NCBI GenBank assembly: GCA_964016885.1
Contig: OZ024742.1
Coordinates: 66,898,001-66,962,000 of the forward strand
Length of the DNA: 64,000 nucleotides
Source of the DNA: Eledone cirrhosa
Taxonomy: Eukaryota
Direction of reading: 5' to 3'
Below the pieces are notes generated by a model. That model was given only the letters and a program-made list of their open reading frames with translations. It was not told where the DNA came from and ran no database searches. Of this stretch, positions 32,920 through 46,545 are shown piece after piece (position 1 is the stretch's first letter; each line of letters starts with the position of its first letter). A program made the translations under genes and the position numbers.

Positions 32920-33669
32920 CAGGGTTTCCCAACCTTTTTTTCAGCCAGCGCCACATTTTTATCAACTCCCCCCTGTCAAATTAAATTTCAAGATACTGAA
33001 TTCATTTTACATAGAAAGATGACACTTAGGTATTAGTGCAAAAGTAATTTTAATATTGTCTTAATTATCCAAAGCCCCAAAAAGTGGTTTTATAAGTGTT
33101 TTATAATTAAAACAAATTCAAAATTTAAATTTCAGAACATAAGACTTACCACGTTATCTGGTAAATGGCTGCAGTTGAAATGGGTACAAAACCTAAAACA
33201 AATTTGTGTGCGTGCGCGCGTGTAGTTGTGCCTTTAATCGCCAAGGGTCAATTTAAGTACAATCATTTAAGTTCAATCGCAATCATATACATGCAACATA
33301 CCGATACATACACATACATATCAGCCACTTCCAAAAGCCAGTTTCATCCAAAATTCTAACCACCATTCTTTATATATTTGCACCCTATTTTTTTCTTTTT
33401 GTTGTCTGTCACCATTCATTTCTTTTTTCGTTTTGTTTTTCTTTTGTGGGTTTCACTGTTGCGTCACTAGTTACATATGTTGCTAGGATCTCGCTTCGCT
33501 AAAGTGGAAGTATTTCTCAAATTTTTGAAAATTTGAAAGAAAAAAATTTGAAAGGAAAGAAAATGGAAAAATGCCCACTGTCCACCTGAGTATACCCCCC
33601 CCCCCCCAATGAAATAAAATCTCCCAATGCCGCCTTTCAACACAACAGTGCCCACGTTGGGAAACACTG
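32920..33669. mobile_element. hAT (Charlie-like) non-autonomous element
   Basis: TIRs cagggtttcccaac / gttgggaaacactg; 8-bp TSD ggttagaa / cgttagaa. Confidence 0.85.
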
Positions 33670-35498
33670 CGTTAGAACAATCCACATCAAATTGAGATGG
33701 GCTCAGATTCCAGCTCCATTTATTCCATGTTTGTGGAGTTACTTTTCTTTGTACTTACCAGTGTATCAGATTTTGTTGTTAAAAAACAATGAGATGATAT
33801 ACTTCAGCCAATTCATACGTACATCAATTATCGCTTATGTTACAAACTTTTTAATTTTTTTTTTGTTTTTTTGTTGTATTCGGAGCGGGGAGATGCAATC
33901 AACGATTATAGTTGCGTTTGCCATTGTTACTAAGTTTAGTATACAAGGTTAAATACATCAGCACATGAAGTATACGGGATTGATACTTCTTGATTTCAAA
34001 ATCAATCTTGTCAAGTTGATTATTGATAACTTATTTATGTAATGGTTGCAGGTTACTGTAAATGCTAATTGGCAGGATTTAATCTAAGCCTTCATAAAAG
34101 TTTAAACATAATTTGTTTACCTTTCCTATCCGTTAGTATGAAACTATAGAAATATAATTGTTATATATTCCTCTCTTTGCTCATAACATCCTATCTCTAA
34201 ATTAAAAAAAACATTTTTAATATACCGATACAATCACAGATGTTATAATTCTATTGAACACTATATTTAATTCATATTTGGTATTTTTAACCATATTCCA
34301 ATACATTTAATTAATCATTTTAGTAGGCCTCGAACCAGCATACTTTAAATTACACACAAAAAAGTCATCAATGTGTTCACTGGCATATGTCAATATAATG
34401 CACTAATCAACAAAAACATGTTAAATAGTATTTTGTTCTATGACATTACTGTGAACATTTGACAACGGTTTTACAAATTTCCTTTCATTGACATAGTGAC
34501 ATTTGATTAAGTCTTTATTAAAATCATAGATAATGGGTGTTGTCTGTACATATGGTATACAGAATATTCATGACGTGTATGACAATACAATCCGGATTTT
34601 AAGACAATGAATGGTGATGTACCAAAATATTTAATTGATTCTCCTTATCTTTTACAAATATTCTTCAAATTACTTGATATATAAGTAATAGGTTTTTTGA
34701 AACCAGTTCAATATTGTAAATATTCTACATTTTTTAACACATTTCATCATATGCAATGCTTGATAATTTAGTGGTATATTTTTCTACCAATAATTCATTA
34801 TCAAAATATGATATTTATGTTTTATACATAATAATTTTAGTTTGTTTAAATAATACCGGGCACATTTTAATATATTTATTCAAATATATGCCACTTTTTA
34901 AATTTTGGCAATGTATCAAATTTTGATGTAATATTTTCGTTAAGCGAATGTCTGAGAAATCAAACATGGCGGCACAAAAATTTAAATTCTCAAACAACTG
35001 AGACACAATTCGAGTTCATTGAAAACAGATGAAAATCTCAACCCTTTTTAATGACATGAGGTTTGAGATTTAAATTGAATATTTACATATAAATAACATG
35101 CTTACATAAAGTTCCAATACACACTTATCAATAAACAATAAATATATATATGGTCAACTACAGTGCATATAGTTCACAAATATATTACTTTTATCGTACG
35201 CATGATGTTATCAACAAAAGATGTAGCTACATAAATTAGGCCCACATTCTTATATATATAAACGGAAATGAAAAATGATAAAAAAAATATCGAACTATTC
35301 ATATATATAAATAAATCATCGAAAAAGTATTATCAGGTATAATGTTTTAATCTATATAAAAAGTTGTAATAATATGATAACATATTTATTTTCATTTTGT
35401 GTTCTTCATTTCCAGATAATTAAAGAGAAATAAATGGAAATGACATTAACGTGTTTGTATATTTGGGTAAATCGCTTATTGGTACAACCACATCACAT

Positions 35499-35536
<38 letters not shown>

Positions 35537-36036
35537 ACTAATATCTACAAATTATATCGAGATATAACTTCTAGTTAATTCTCGTTTTCCAGCATATATC
35601 AAGATATTGAATTTACCTACAAAAAAATCTAATCTAACGCTTCTCAAGTTATAAGTCTATTGTTGATTCAATCAAATTATGCACTGTGTGTTTATTTAGC
35701 GTATGAGTACAGTGTGTGTCTATCTACTCAGTTGGACTTAATAGCAAGTGAATACTCGTGAAACGATGTATCTAACCAGCTTCATCCAATCAAAGAGAAT
35801 ATTATATGTCTTTCAATCAAGTTCACATCTATAAACTAAAAATACGAATATTTGCCTACACATGATGCAGATGTATATGTGCTTGTGATAGATCGGGTGC
35901 GTGTCTAACATTCCGTATGAGCATGCAACAATATTAACATGTAATTATGTACAACCTGAAAAGTATGGTGGCTAGAAACTGAGAAATATATAAAGAAAGG
36001 TACGCGTTTTAGCTGTTCATTTACACAATAAGGTAA

Positions 36037-36082
<46 letters not shown>

Positions 36083-36687
36083 CATGAAAATATCCAGGAT
36101 CTCATCGCACACTCCACGGAACTACCTTAGGAACTTACCCACGGACATACACTCATTATTTTTTTTTCGAACCACGCCACTTACATCCACACCACATATA
36201 AATACCAACACACACGTGCGTACCCCCACATATACACACTCAGCCTCCGGAATCCTCAACAGCCCCATCCACCACCCCTCTGACCCCTCCCATCCACACG
36301 AACGCATATACCGACCAACACCCCACGCACACATACCTTTTCCTGAACATGGAACCTCGTTCTTCCCCCAACTCTCACATTCACATACGCACACACACAC
36401 ACACGTACACCTACACACATACACAAACACCACCTTCAGCCCTCCCCACTCCGACCCCCCGCCTCTCTCTCCCTACACCACCCACCACCACCCCTACACG
36501 CCTCACTACTGCCTCTCTGTTATTGTTCCCGTCCCAGTTTTCATTATATATATACAAATTTTAGTACAGCATTAACGAAGCCTTAGTTCGTGGCCAAGTT
36601 AACGAATGCAAATTCGGTATGTAGTTTTAGCACTCGAATGGGAATAGTACCCCAGAGTAATAACAATACGTTTAGACAGCTTAGCAA

Positions 36688-36720
<33 letters not shown>

Positions 36721-37974
36721 CAGGGAGAAAGAGGAGGGATACAGAGAGGAGGGAAACAGAGAGGAAGAGAGAGATTCGGAGAGAGTGAGAGGGAAATAGG
36801 TAGATCAATAAATTGATGGGGAGTTATTATATAAGACTATTAACATCATGGTTCAGTTTACCACTCGTCACATAAGAAAGTAGAATGTAGGTATTATGAA
36901 GATTTTCTGCCGCACGGCTGAGCCCTTACCATTTCGACATCAAGTATATAACACACATACTGTCGAAATTGTACGAGTTCTGCTAGAGAGCACAATATCT
37001 TCACTATATCTCTCTCCCTCTCACTATCTATCTCTCACTCTTTATGAATATGTATATATATATATATATGCATACAGAGAAAGAAAGAGAGCGAGAAAGA
37101 GGGAGAGAGAGAGATTGATATAGATATAGACAGGCAGATATTTATACACACATCTGCACCAGTAATCTTGAGTGGTTCCCTTCAAAACGCGAGGACTCAG
37201 TTCACACCCTGTCATGGCATGGAATTCTATGATCTTTAATCTCGAAAATATTTTTTGAGATTATTTGCATTGTACGTTTAGTTACTCTACCAATAACTGT
37301 TTCAATATTCTTATTAATATAATCAGAACATGTTTTGTCTCACTTGCATTCACACTCTCACATTTACCTCTATTTATCAATATATGTCGATGTTGATAGT
37401 GTTTTACACTAGTACTCACATTTATCCCTATTTTGGGAATAGACTTTTAATTATTATTTCAAGCACGAATTATTTAAATCTCCAGATTTACTTTCATTTA
37501 ATGATGACTTTGTGTTTGTTTCTAATTTTGTTATTTATTGTTCCGACAATGAATTATTCAGTATTAGATCCGACCATCTAACAAGTTTATATATGTATAT
37601 ATATATATATATATATGTGTCTGTGTGTGTGTATGTGTATATATATACACATGAGAGGGAGTGTATGAGATTTATAAAGTAAAAAGGAAATGAGATAGAG
37701 ATGCGATCTATTACAAAAATAATAAAAACAAAACTTGTTAATTATTTATTCGTTGCACGATTGAGAGGAATACAAACAATATAGTACATCACTGTACAAC
37801 ACGGTATTCTACAAATGAACAAGGTTATACTACATTATACATTTATATATTTATAGGGAAAGAGAGGGAGGAGGAGAAAGAGAGAGAGTGACAGAGAGAA
37901 TGAGAGAGAGAGAGAGAGCGGCATGTTCGTCCTATTATATATCGATCTCTTTTCTGACATATATATATATATAA

Positions 37975-38041
<67 letters not shown>

Positions 38042-38341
38042 TGTGTGTGTGTGTGTGTATGTGAGTGTGTGTGTATGTGTGTGTGTGTGTATGTGTGTGT
38101 GTATATATATCTTTCTTATAAATAGAAGTCACTGCATTCATGTGGATGAAATAATTCTCGTCTTGTATAACTCAATTCTACACGAAAGATACTTATACTC
38201 CACTACTTCACCAACATAGTGAGTAACATTTTTAATTGTGGTTACCATGTGACACCACTCTGGGACTCACACACATATATAAGAAGAAAAATTAGGTAAA
38301 TTTTATCTGCCTGTTCTTCAAACTTATAAATTTATATATGC

Positions 38342-38427
<86 letters not shown>

Positions 38428-38428
<1 letters not shown>

Positions 38429-39175
38429 CAAAGCCATGTATTGAGTTAGAAACTCAAAATAGTCTCATTACAATAAATTAGCTCTACGAAAGAGGTTTTT
38501 CCGAGCCGTATAGTATAACTGAACAAAAAAGAAAAACGAACACAGACATATACATATATCTGTTCAAATCATAATGGACCAGAGTGGCTAAGGTGAAAAG
38601 AATACTAACTACAGACAATAGAGGTTTGCTAGACTCAATTTAAGAATAAATCAAGAAAAATAAATGCAAACCAGAATGGTGGTAACTACCGATATCCCGG
38701 ACAGTTTTGATAGTACTGTTTCGCAATATTATTTTTGAAGAGGAATACCAAAATCCTAGCTCATCAGCGAGTGAAGAATTATTAGTATCCTGATCACTTC
38801 TAAATATAATAAGAAACTGGATAGTGTGTGTATGTAACGCACATGATTCCCGAACTTAGCGTGTCTCGCGACTCACGCCACTAAAAATAGCAGCCGGGTT
38901 TACTCGACATTTGAATTAGCTCGACGAATTAACGGAGCCGAATATATCAATGGCATGTATTGAGTTAAAAACACAAAATAGTCTCATTACACTAAATTAG
39001 CTCTACGAAAGAGGTTTTTCCGAGCCGTATAGTATAACGGAACAAAAACGAAAAACGAACACAGACATATACATATATGTGTTCAAATCGTAATGGACTA
39101 GAATCGCTAAGGTGAAAAGAATACTAACTACAGACAATAGGGTTTGCTAGACTCAATTTAAGAATAAATCAAGAA
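38428..39175 (-). mobile_element. Element with ~230-bp direct repeats (partial tandem pLTR or retrozyme-like)
   Basis: 38428-38657 repeats at 38946-39175. The spacer carries minus-strand CTGATGA-gc...gc-GAAA (38719-38767). Flanked by microsatellites. Confidence 0.65.
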
Positions 39176-39178
39176 CAA

Positions 39179-39253
<75 letters not shown>

Positions 39254-39325
39254 TGAGATCAGCAGAATAAACAAACATTAAACAATCCTCTAAATAAATT
39301 AAAACATGATTTACTTTATTTTATA

Positions 39326-39370
<45 letters not shown>

Positions 39371-39745
39371 GGAGAGAGAGAAAGAGAGAGAGATTACGGA
39401 AGACCCCGAATTCATTTTAGTGACCACAAGCCATAACTCATACTCTCAATGACATAATCAGTGTGCAGTTGAGTGGCTGACCGGTTCGTTACAGAGCAAA
39501 CACAGTTATTTAATCAAGTTTATGGCAATTTTAAGATATTGTTTACATTAATCTATCTCCTGGTTGGAATCCATTTCATCGTAATCATCCACCTACAGCA
39601 GTTATTATTGAGGACTCTGTCCCACGCCTCTTGCAGGAATAAGTGGGCGAAGAAAAAGATATCTACAGGACGGGAACTGTTTCTATAATAAATATTTTTA
39701 AAAAATGTATATAATATACATACACAGACACACAAACAGGCACAT

Positions 39746-39777
<32 letters not shown>

Positions 39778-39897
39778 GCACGCACACACACACATTCACA
39801 GACATATACAAAGAGTGTTAGATATTGGGCGGGGCATTTATGTGTTTAATAATTATAAAGTAGACACTAATACATTCAACGTCTAGTTATTTAATTG

Positions 39898-40087
39898 ATA
39901 ATTGTTTCTACTTTAGGCACAAGGCCAGCAATTACCCAGTGCATTACTGGTACTTTATTTTATCGACCCCGTAAGGATGAAAGGCAAAGTTAACCTCGGC
40001 GGGATTTGAATTCAGATCGTAAAGGGACGTAACTATGCTGGAAAGCATGGCGTCCGACCCTCTACCGATACTGCCAATCCACCGCCC
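39898..40087 (-). mobile_element. tRNA-derived SINE, full length
   Basis: Near-identical to the reverse complement of 54853-55041. Confidence 0.9.
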
Positions 40088-40329
40088 TACTTCGTTTAAT
40101 AATAGAGATTAATATGTTCTAAACTGAATATGTCTGACGGCAGAGCGTTAACAATTAAATAACTAGACGTTGAATGTTTATTACTATTAAACGTAAAAAT
40201 GACCCTCCCAATGTTTAACTCTATATATATGAGTGTGTATGTGTGTGTGTGTGTGTGTGTATGTGTCTGTGTGTGTATATATATATATATTTTTTTTTAT
40301 TATAGAAACAACTCCCGGCCTATAGATAT

Positions 40330-41480
40330 CTCCTTCCTCTCCTTCGCCCAGTTTCTCCTGAGAGGGTAGTGGGGCAATGGCCTGAAAAACATTTTCTAGC
40401 GGGTCATTTCACAAGCAACCGTATCCAACTGATCCGGCTGGATCCCCAAGTGAGACCAGCCAATATCATGGATGCTATCAAACAACCTTGCTCGGAGTCT
40501 ACCCCTGGGTCTCCTGTCACTTGGTTTTGTCCGTAAGATCTGTCCGGCGGTTCTTTCCTGAGACATTCTAACCACCAGCCCAATATATCGGAGCTAGAGA
40601 GGTAGCGGCTCTACCTGGACTAACGCTCTGGTATCCGAGCTACAGACACTGTCGAGAAACGTTACACCATAACCCCTTCGGAGGAACCCCATTTCGGCCG
40701 CTTGTATTCGCGATCGTTTTCTTTCGGTTATTACCCAATATTCATGACCCTAGGTACGAATTGAAAATAGTGAGAGTTGCTTTTATGCCTACCTCCCTCC
40801 TTCCAATTACTGAATGCTGAAGCTCGCGTATTACTGTACCAGCTCCTGCAATTGTTTTAATTCAGCCTCCTGCCTTCCATCTCTCGTGAATACGGCCCCG
40901 AGATACTTGAACTTCTCCCCCTACTTCAGTGGAATTCCATACATTACGCAGGCTCCCATGAGGGGACGAGTTTCTCAATTTTCGCGGCACTAATTTTCAT
41001 TCCATGCCGCACTCGGCATCAAACCTATCGAGTGCAAGTCGGAGACATTATAGCAACAAGTTCCTGAGGAACGCGGTCATATGCATTTTCAAGGGAAACA
41101 AAAGAAGATTATAGCTCTTGGCAATATTCCTACGCTTTCTCGAATACCTGTCACAATGTGAATATTTAGTCGGGGGTTCTGCGTTCGGAACGGAATCTGC
41201 AATGTTCATCAGTCAGTTTGGACTTGTCCTTCTCCCTCCATCTCTTTTCGAGTCATCAATCTGGTACTTAGTCAAACTTACGAAGACTAGACTTTTTTGA
41301 GGGGGCCTATACTCGCCCCGTTGTAGCTACGTCACTGGGCTATGAGATTTCATTGGGAGCTATAGCTGTCACTCATTGCACCATCTCCCTCCCTTATATA
41401 GCAAATAGCCATCAAATCTGGTGGCCATATCCCTATCCATCACATGCGGCTCGCTTTCCAGCAGAAGAGCTCTGTAGATA
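40330..41480 (-). mobile_element. Degenerate RTE-clade LINE 3' fragment
   Basis: Minus-strand remnants KFKYLGAVFTRDG and PRGRLRARLFDSIHDIGWSHLGI. Confidence 0.6.
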
Positions 41481-41607
41481 TTGTATACGTAATGGAATAT
41501 ATATGCCTACATTCTACGAACCTATTGAGTAGCTTTTTAATAATGTTGTTCACATATCCAGATGTATATCGGGAAACTACACACACACATATATATATAT
41601 ATGTATA

Positions 41608-42365
41608 TATACAATATTAAATAAATGGAAAACTATATTTATAAAACCATATTTATTTCATTATATATATTTCGGGGATATCATATTAACAATATGTTAT
41701 GCCTTCATCAGACAAAATACAATATAAACAGTTTTATAGATAAATATATTCGACATACCGCAATAAACATCAACTTCATTTGAAGAGGTTTACTCTAGCA
41801 GTGAAAATACAGAGAGAAAGAAAGAGAGAAAGAAAAGAGGGAAAAAAGAAAGAAAGAAAGACAAAACGAAATATATTTTTTTTAGTTTTCTATTCTATAT
41901 TTTTATATATTTTTACTTATTATTATTATTATTGTTATCTTTGTTTATAATATAATATATATTTTCGATTAGTATATTGAAATCTGCTCTCTATTTCTGC
42001 TTGATAGATAATCTTGTAGAGTAATCGCAAGAATAATAATACGCTCAAATTTTTATACCACACTGAGAATGTTTTCCGGTAACTAAAAGTTTGCAGAGTG
42101 AATCAGTTGGATTCACATTGATGTTTGTAGCTGTCACATGAATTTTTTAAAACTAAACATAAGATAATGAATTTTCACACATTGTGAATACTTGTTTCAT
42201 TCAGGAATACTGATATTTACAATATAGTGTAAGTTTTATAAATACTAATACATTAAAACATAGGGTTTTCTACGCCTCGAATATGTCTGGCTATTTTAAA
42301 ATTTTTTTCTCTCTCTATATCTCTCTATATCTCTCTATATATCTCCCTTACATTAATACTTGAGC

Positions 42366-42400
<35 letters not shown>

Positions 42401-42954
42401 ATGTATCATTGATACACTTACTCAAAATGACCTCCCACTACCTAATTTTCTATATATATATATGTATCTATCTCTATTTCCTCTCTCTCTATATATATAT
42501 ATCTCTTTCTGTCTCTTTACATGAAGCTCTTCGCTTTATCTATTTTTCCATCTCTCTATTTTGTCCCATGCATTTCTTCTTTTTCTTTTTCTTCTTTTTC
42601 TTCCTCTTCTTCGTTTTGTCTTTCTTTCTTTCTTTTTTCCCTCTTTTCTTTCTCTCTTTCTTTCTCTCTGTATTTTCACTGCTAGAGTAAACCTCTTCAA
42701 ATGAAGTTGATGTTTATTACGGTATGTCGAATATATTTATCTATAAAACTGTTTATATTGTATTTTGTCTGATGAAGGCATAACATATTGTTAATATGAT
42801 ATCCCCGAAATATATATAATGAAATAAATATGGTTTTATAAATATAGTTTTCCATTTATTTAATATTGTAAATATACTCCAAATATTTGTCGAGTGCTTT
42901 TATATCAGTTATAAATATTTACTAGTTGTAACCCAACAATTTTAAATATAACTT

Positions 42955-42957
<3 letters not shown>
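41608..42957 (+). mobile_element. Fold-back pLTR-derived element
   Basis: Arms ~41608-41870 and ~42608-42870 are near-perfect inverted repeats; tail to 42957; flanked by (TA)n. Confidence 0.85.
42761..42826 (+). ncRNA. Type I hammerhead ribozyme (canonical core)
   Basis: tattttgt-CTGATGA-[..catattgttaatatg..]-GAAA-tatata-TA-atgaaata; identical mirror copy at 41654-41719 (-). Confidence 0.8.
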
Positions 42958-43038
<81 letters not shown>

Positions 43039-43039
43039 G

Positions 43040-43244
43040 GCAAAGAACTAAACAAAAACAAGGAGTGCAGTACGAACAGTGTTGGTATTAGGTTCACGCA
43101 TGCGAGTTGGGGTGGGGGACGACGTTTCGGGCATAAGCCCTGCTTCAGGAGACAGGTGGGAAGGAAAAGAGTTCCGAGAGGGTGTGAGGGGGAGTGGTGG
43201 AAATACATTAAGATAAAGGGAAACAAATAAAAATGAAGAAAAAC

Positions 43245-43245
<1 letters not shown>
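43040..43245 (-). mobile_element. pLTR end with degenerate minimal HHR
   Basis: Minus strand reads cCTGAAGCa-gggc ttat gccc-GAAA-cgtcg-TC; the tail is homologous to 24303-24380 (+). Confidence 0.55.
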
Positions 43246-43319
<74 letters not shown>

Positions 43320-43384
43320 TAATCCACCTTACCCTTCTGTTAATAAACCAATATATATATATATATATGTGTGTAGGGGATGTA

Positions 43385-43787
43385 TTATATATATCTTGAT
43401 GTAATATTATGGAGAGTACTCAACGTAGTGCAGTTCACCCGTCTTCGTTTGTGTACCTGGTGGTGCTAATACGGAGTTAATTATTATAAATAAAATAACA
43501 GAAGGCTGGACTGGTGTAAATCCTTGAAAAGTGTATTATACTATGATCATTTCAATGACCGGGTTCCGTATGAATCCGGTGATATCATCAGGTATTCGAA
43601 ATGTAACAAAGGAATATATAAAATCCATGGGTCCGAAATCATAGACAGAGAGAACGACTGACCAACTAGCTGCTTTCACCTCGGTCAGTCGCTCTCAAGT
43701 GATGGCAACTCGGTCTACTTATGACCATCAGGTGAGGGGGCGAAGGCTTATAACGTACTACCACCTCTACGTCAGAGAATAAAAAAA

Positions 43788-43820
<33 letters not shown>

Positions 43821-43990
43821 AGAGAAGTCAGCGTCCTCTCTCTCTCTGATTTCGGACCCATGGATTTTATATATTCCTTTGTTACATTTCGAATACCTGA
43901 TGATATCACCGGATTCATACGGAACCCGGTCATTGAAATGATCATAGTATAATAAACTTTTCAAGGATTTACACCAGTGCAGCCTCCTGT

Positions 43991-43998
<8 letters not shown>
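43385..43998. mobile_element. Fold-back pLTR-derived element
   Basis: Arms ~43490-43653 and ~43836-43998 are inverted; same family as 994-1318. Confidence 0.85.
43893..43950 (+). ncRNA. Type I hammerhead ribozyme (canonical core)
   Basis: atac-CTGATGA-[hairpin]-GAAA-tgatca-TA-gtat; mirror copy at 43538-43595 (-). Confidence 0.88.
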
Positions 43999-44029
<31 letters not shown>

Positions 44030-44219
44030 ATAGATAGATAGATAGATAGATAGATTCCATACACTGGTGGCTTTCCCTGCTTTATTGATGGCACACTATC
44101 TCTCATTGGTGTGTTACCTTTTCAACATATTGCCTTTTAAAGAGCTCACGATTCCTTTTCCTTTGGGCACACTATTTACAGGGAATAACGAAAGTCTATG
44201 GCTCCGTTAATTTATCATG

Positions 44220-44250
<31 letters not shown>

Positions 44251-44821
44251 TGTGTTTCGTAATGTCATATTTTGAGTTTGTTGCGGCTGTTTTATTATTC
44301 CGATGTAGAATAATACCAATACATATATATAACACATACCTATTCAGTTAACAGAAGAGTAAAATAAATATTATTCAAATTTTATATATTTTATTTACTC
44401 TTTATATTGACTTAAATTGATTCAGTGAAATCGATTCATTTTACCTTTTCTACTGTAATACGTTATCAGGAGAAAAAAATTAAGAGAATCATTTTTTTAA
44501 AATCGGCTAGATTCTAGCCGCTAGAATATTTAATTGATTTTTTTTTCATATAGAAAACGTTGTTTTAATACAGTTCTTGTATTATCCTTTCATGTTCTTT
44601 AGTTAGTTTTCGTTTTTTGTTGAGTGAGAATATATTGCCTTAATTATATATTGAAAATGTGGCCTTCAACTTGACACTAGACCAATATACATTTGTTGCC
44701 TTTAACCTTTATTTGCTGGGGTAGGTTGTTATATTGGATTAGTCGTCTTCACTAACATCTTGATTTGGTAAATGCCCGGATAAAATACAATTCGCTGAAA
44801 TACAATAGGAAAAAGTATAGA

Positions 44822-45878
44822 ATAATTGTTTATAGTTTTGGCACAAGGCCAGCAATAACCCAGTAAATTACTGGTACTTTATTTTATCGACCCCGTAAGG
44901 ATGACAGGCAAAGTTAACCTCAGCGGGATTTGAACTCAGAATGGCAAGGGCCGTAACGCTATACATCAAAGCATGGCGTCCGACTCTCTACCGATACTGC
45001 CAATCCAAATGATAAAGGGTTAATCATACAGTATAGCGTCATCATATACATTTATCCACTTATTAACTAATTAACACGATCTGTTCAAGTTTGCACGTTA
45101 TGTGAAACATTTTTCATCAACGTTTAATTTATAACATGTTTGCAGTTTATGTCGTTAAGTAAAGCACACTCTGAGAATAATGGATTCTTATATAGGAACA
45201 AGGCCATCCATTTTGGGGAAGGGGAAATCGATTAAATCGACTCTAGTGAGTGACTGGTACTTTATTTTGTCGGCCTCGTAAGGATGAAAGGCAAAGATAA
45301 CATCGGTGAGATTTGAACTCAGATCATAAAAGGCCGTAACTATATGCTGCAAAGCATGGCGTCAGACCTTTACCGATACTGCCAATCTACCACCTTACAC
45401 TCTGAAGAATAATAATGGTTTCTTATATAGGAACAAGGGCAGCAATATTGGGGGAGGTCAGAGTCAATTAAATCGACCCCAGTGTGTGGCTGGTACTTTA
45501 TTTTATCGACTTCGTAAGGATGAAAGGCAAAGTTAACCTCGGCGGGATTTGAATTCAGGACCGAAACTCTATGCTGCAAAGTATGCCGCCTGACTCGCTA
45601 CCGATACTGCCAATCTACCGCTGTCACAACAGCTTAAATTACACACGGTTAAAGTAAATATATATTTATTATATATAAACATATTGTATATGTTTCCATA
45701 TATGCTTTCTTTAAGAAATAATTGTTTCTACTTTAGGTACAAGGCCAGCAATTACCCAGTGCATTACTGGTACTTTATTTTATCGACCCCGTAAGGATGA
45801 AAGGCAAAGTCAACCTCGGCGGGATTTGAACTCAGATCGTAAAGGGACGTAACTATGCTGGAAAGCATGGCGCCCGAC
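44822..45878 (-). mobile_element. Cluster of four co-oriented tRNA-derived SINEs
   Basis: Copies at ~44822-45007, 45177-45394, 45407-45621 and 45718-45878; the middle two have a longer 3' region. Confidence 0.88.
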
Positions 45879-46226
45879 AAGAAATAATATCTGACTATTT
45901 ATTTAGACTGTCAGAAGTTTCAATTAGTACTAGCATATTCGCTTCCGTCAGCTCTAGTGTTACTTATATATTTCATGTTCTGTGTAGTAATATATGTAAT
46001 GTCGTGGATATGATTAAAGCCATTATCGTCCACATCCTCATCAATAGCAACGCAGATATCTCATCGTGATTAAATTCAATTTAATTTTAAGGATTTCATA
46101 TACGTTTTAAAACTACCATATAATACGTATGCGTAATTCAACATTTACTGTCTTTCTCTATCTCTCCTTAGAATTCCGTTACTCCGTCGAACTCCCATTC
46201 ATTGACACTGTAATTCCAGCTTTTAC

Positions 46227-46545
<319 letters not shown>

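Noticed and set aside
36084-36575. 163-aa His/Pro/Thr-rich ORF
   Set aside because: Low-complexity CA-rich sequence between microsatellites, probably a retroelement 3' region.
44822-45878. Repeat-spacer pattern resembling a CRISPR array
   Set aside because: Units are ~190-bp SINEs with irregular spacing in a eukaryotic context, and there are no cas genes.
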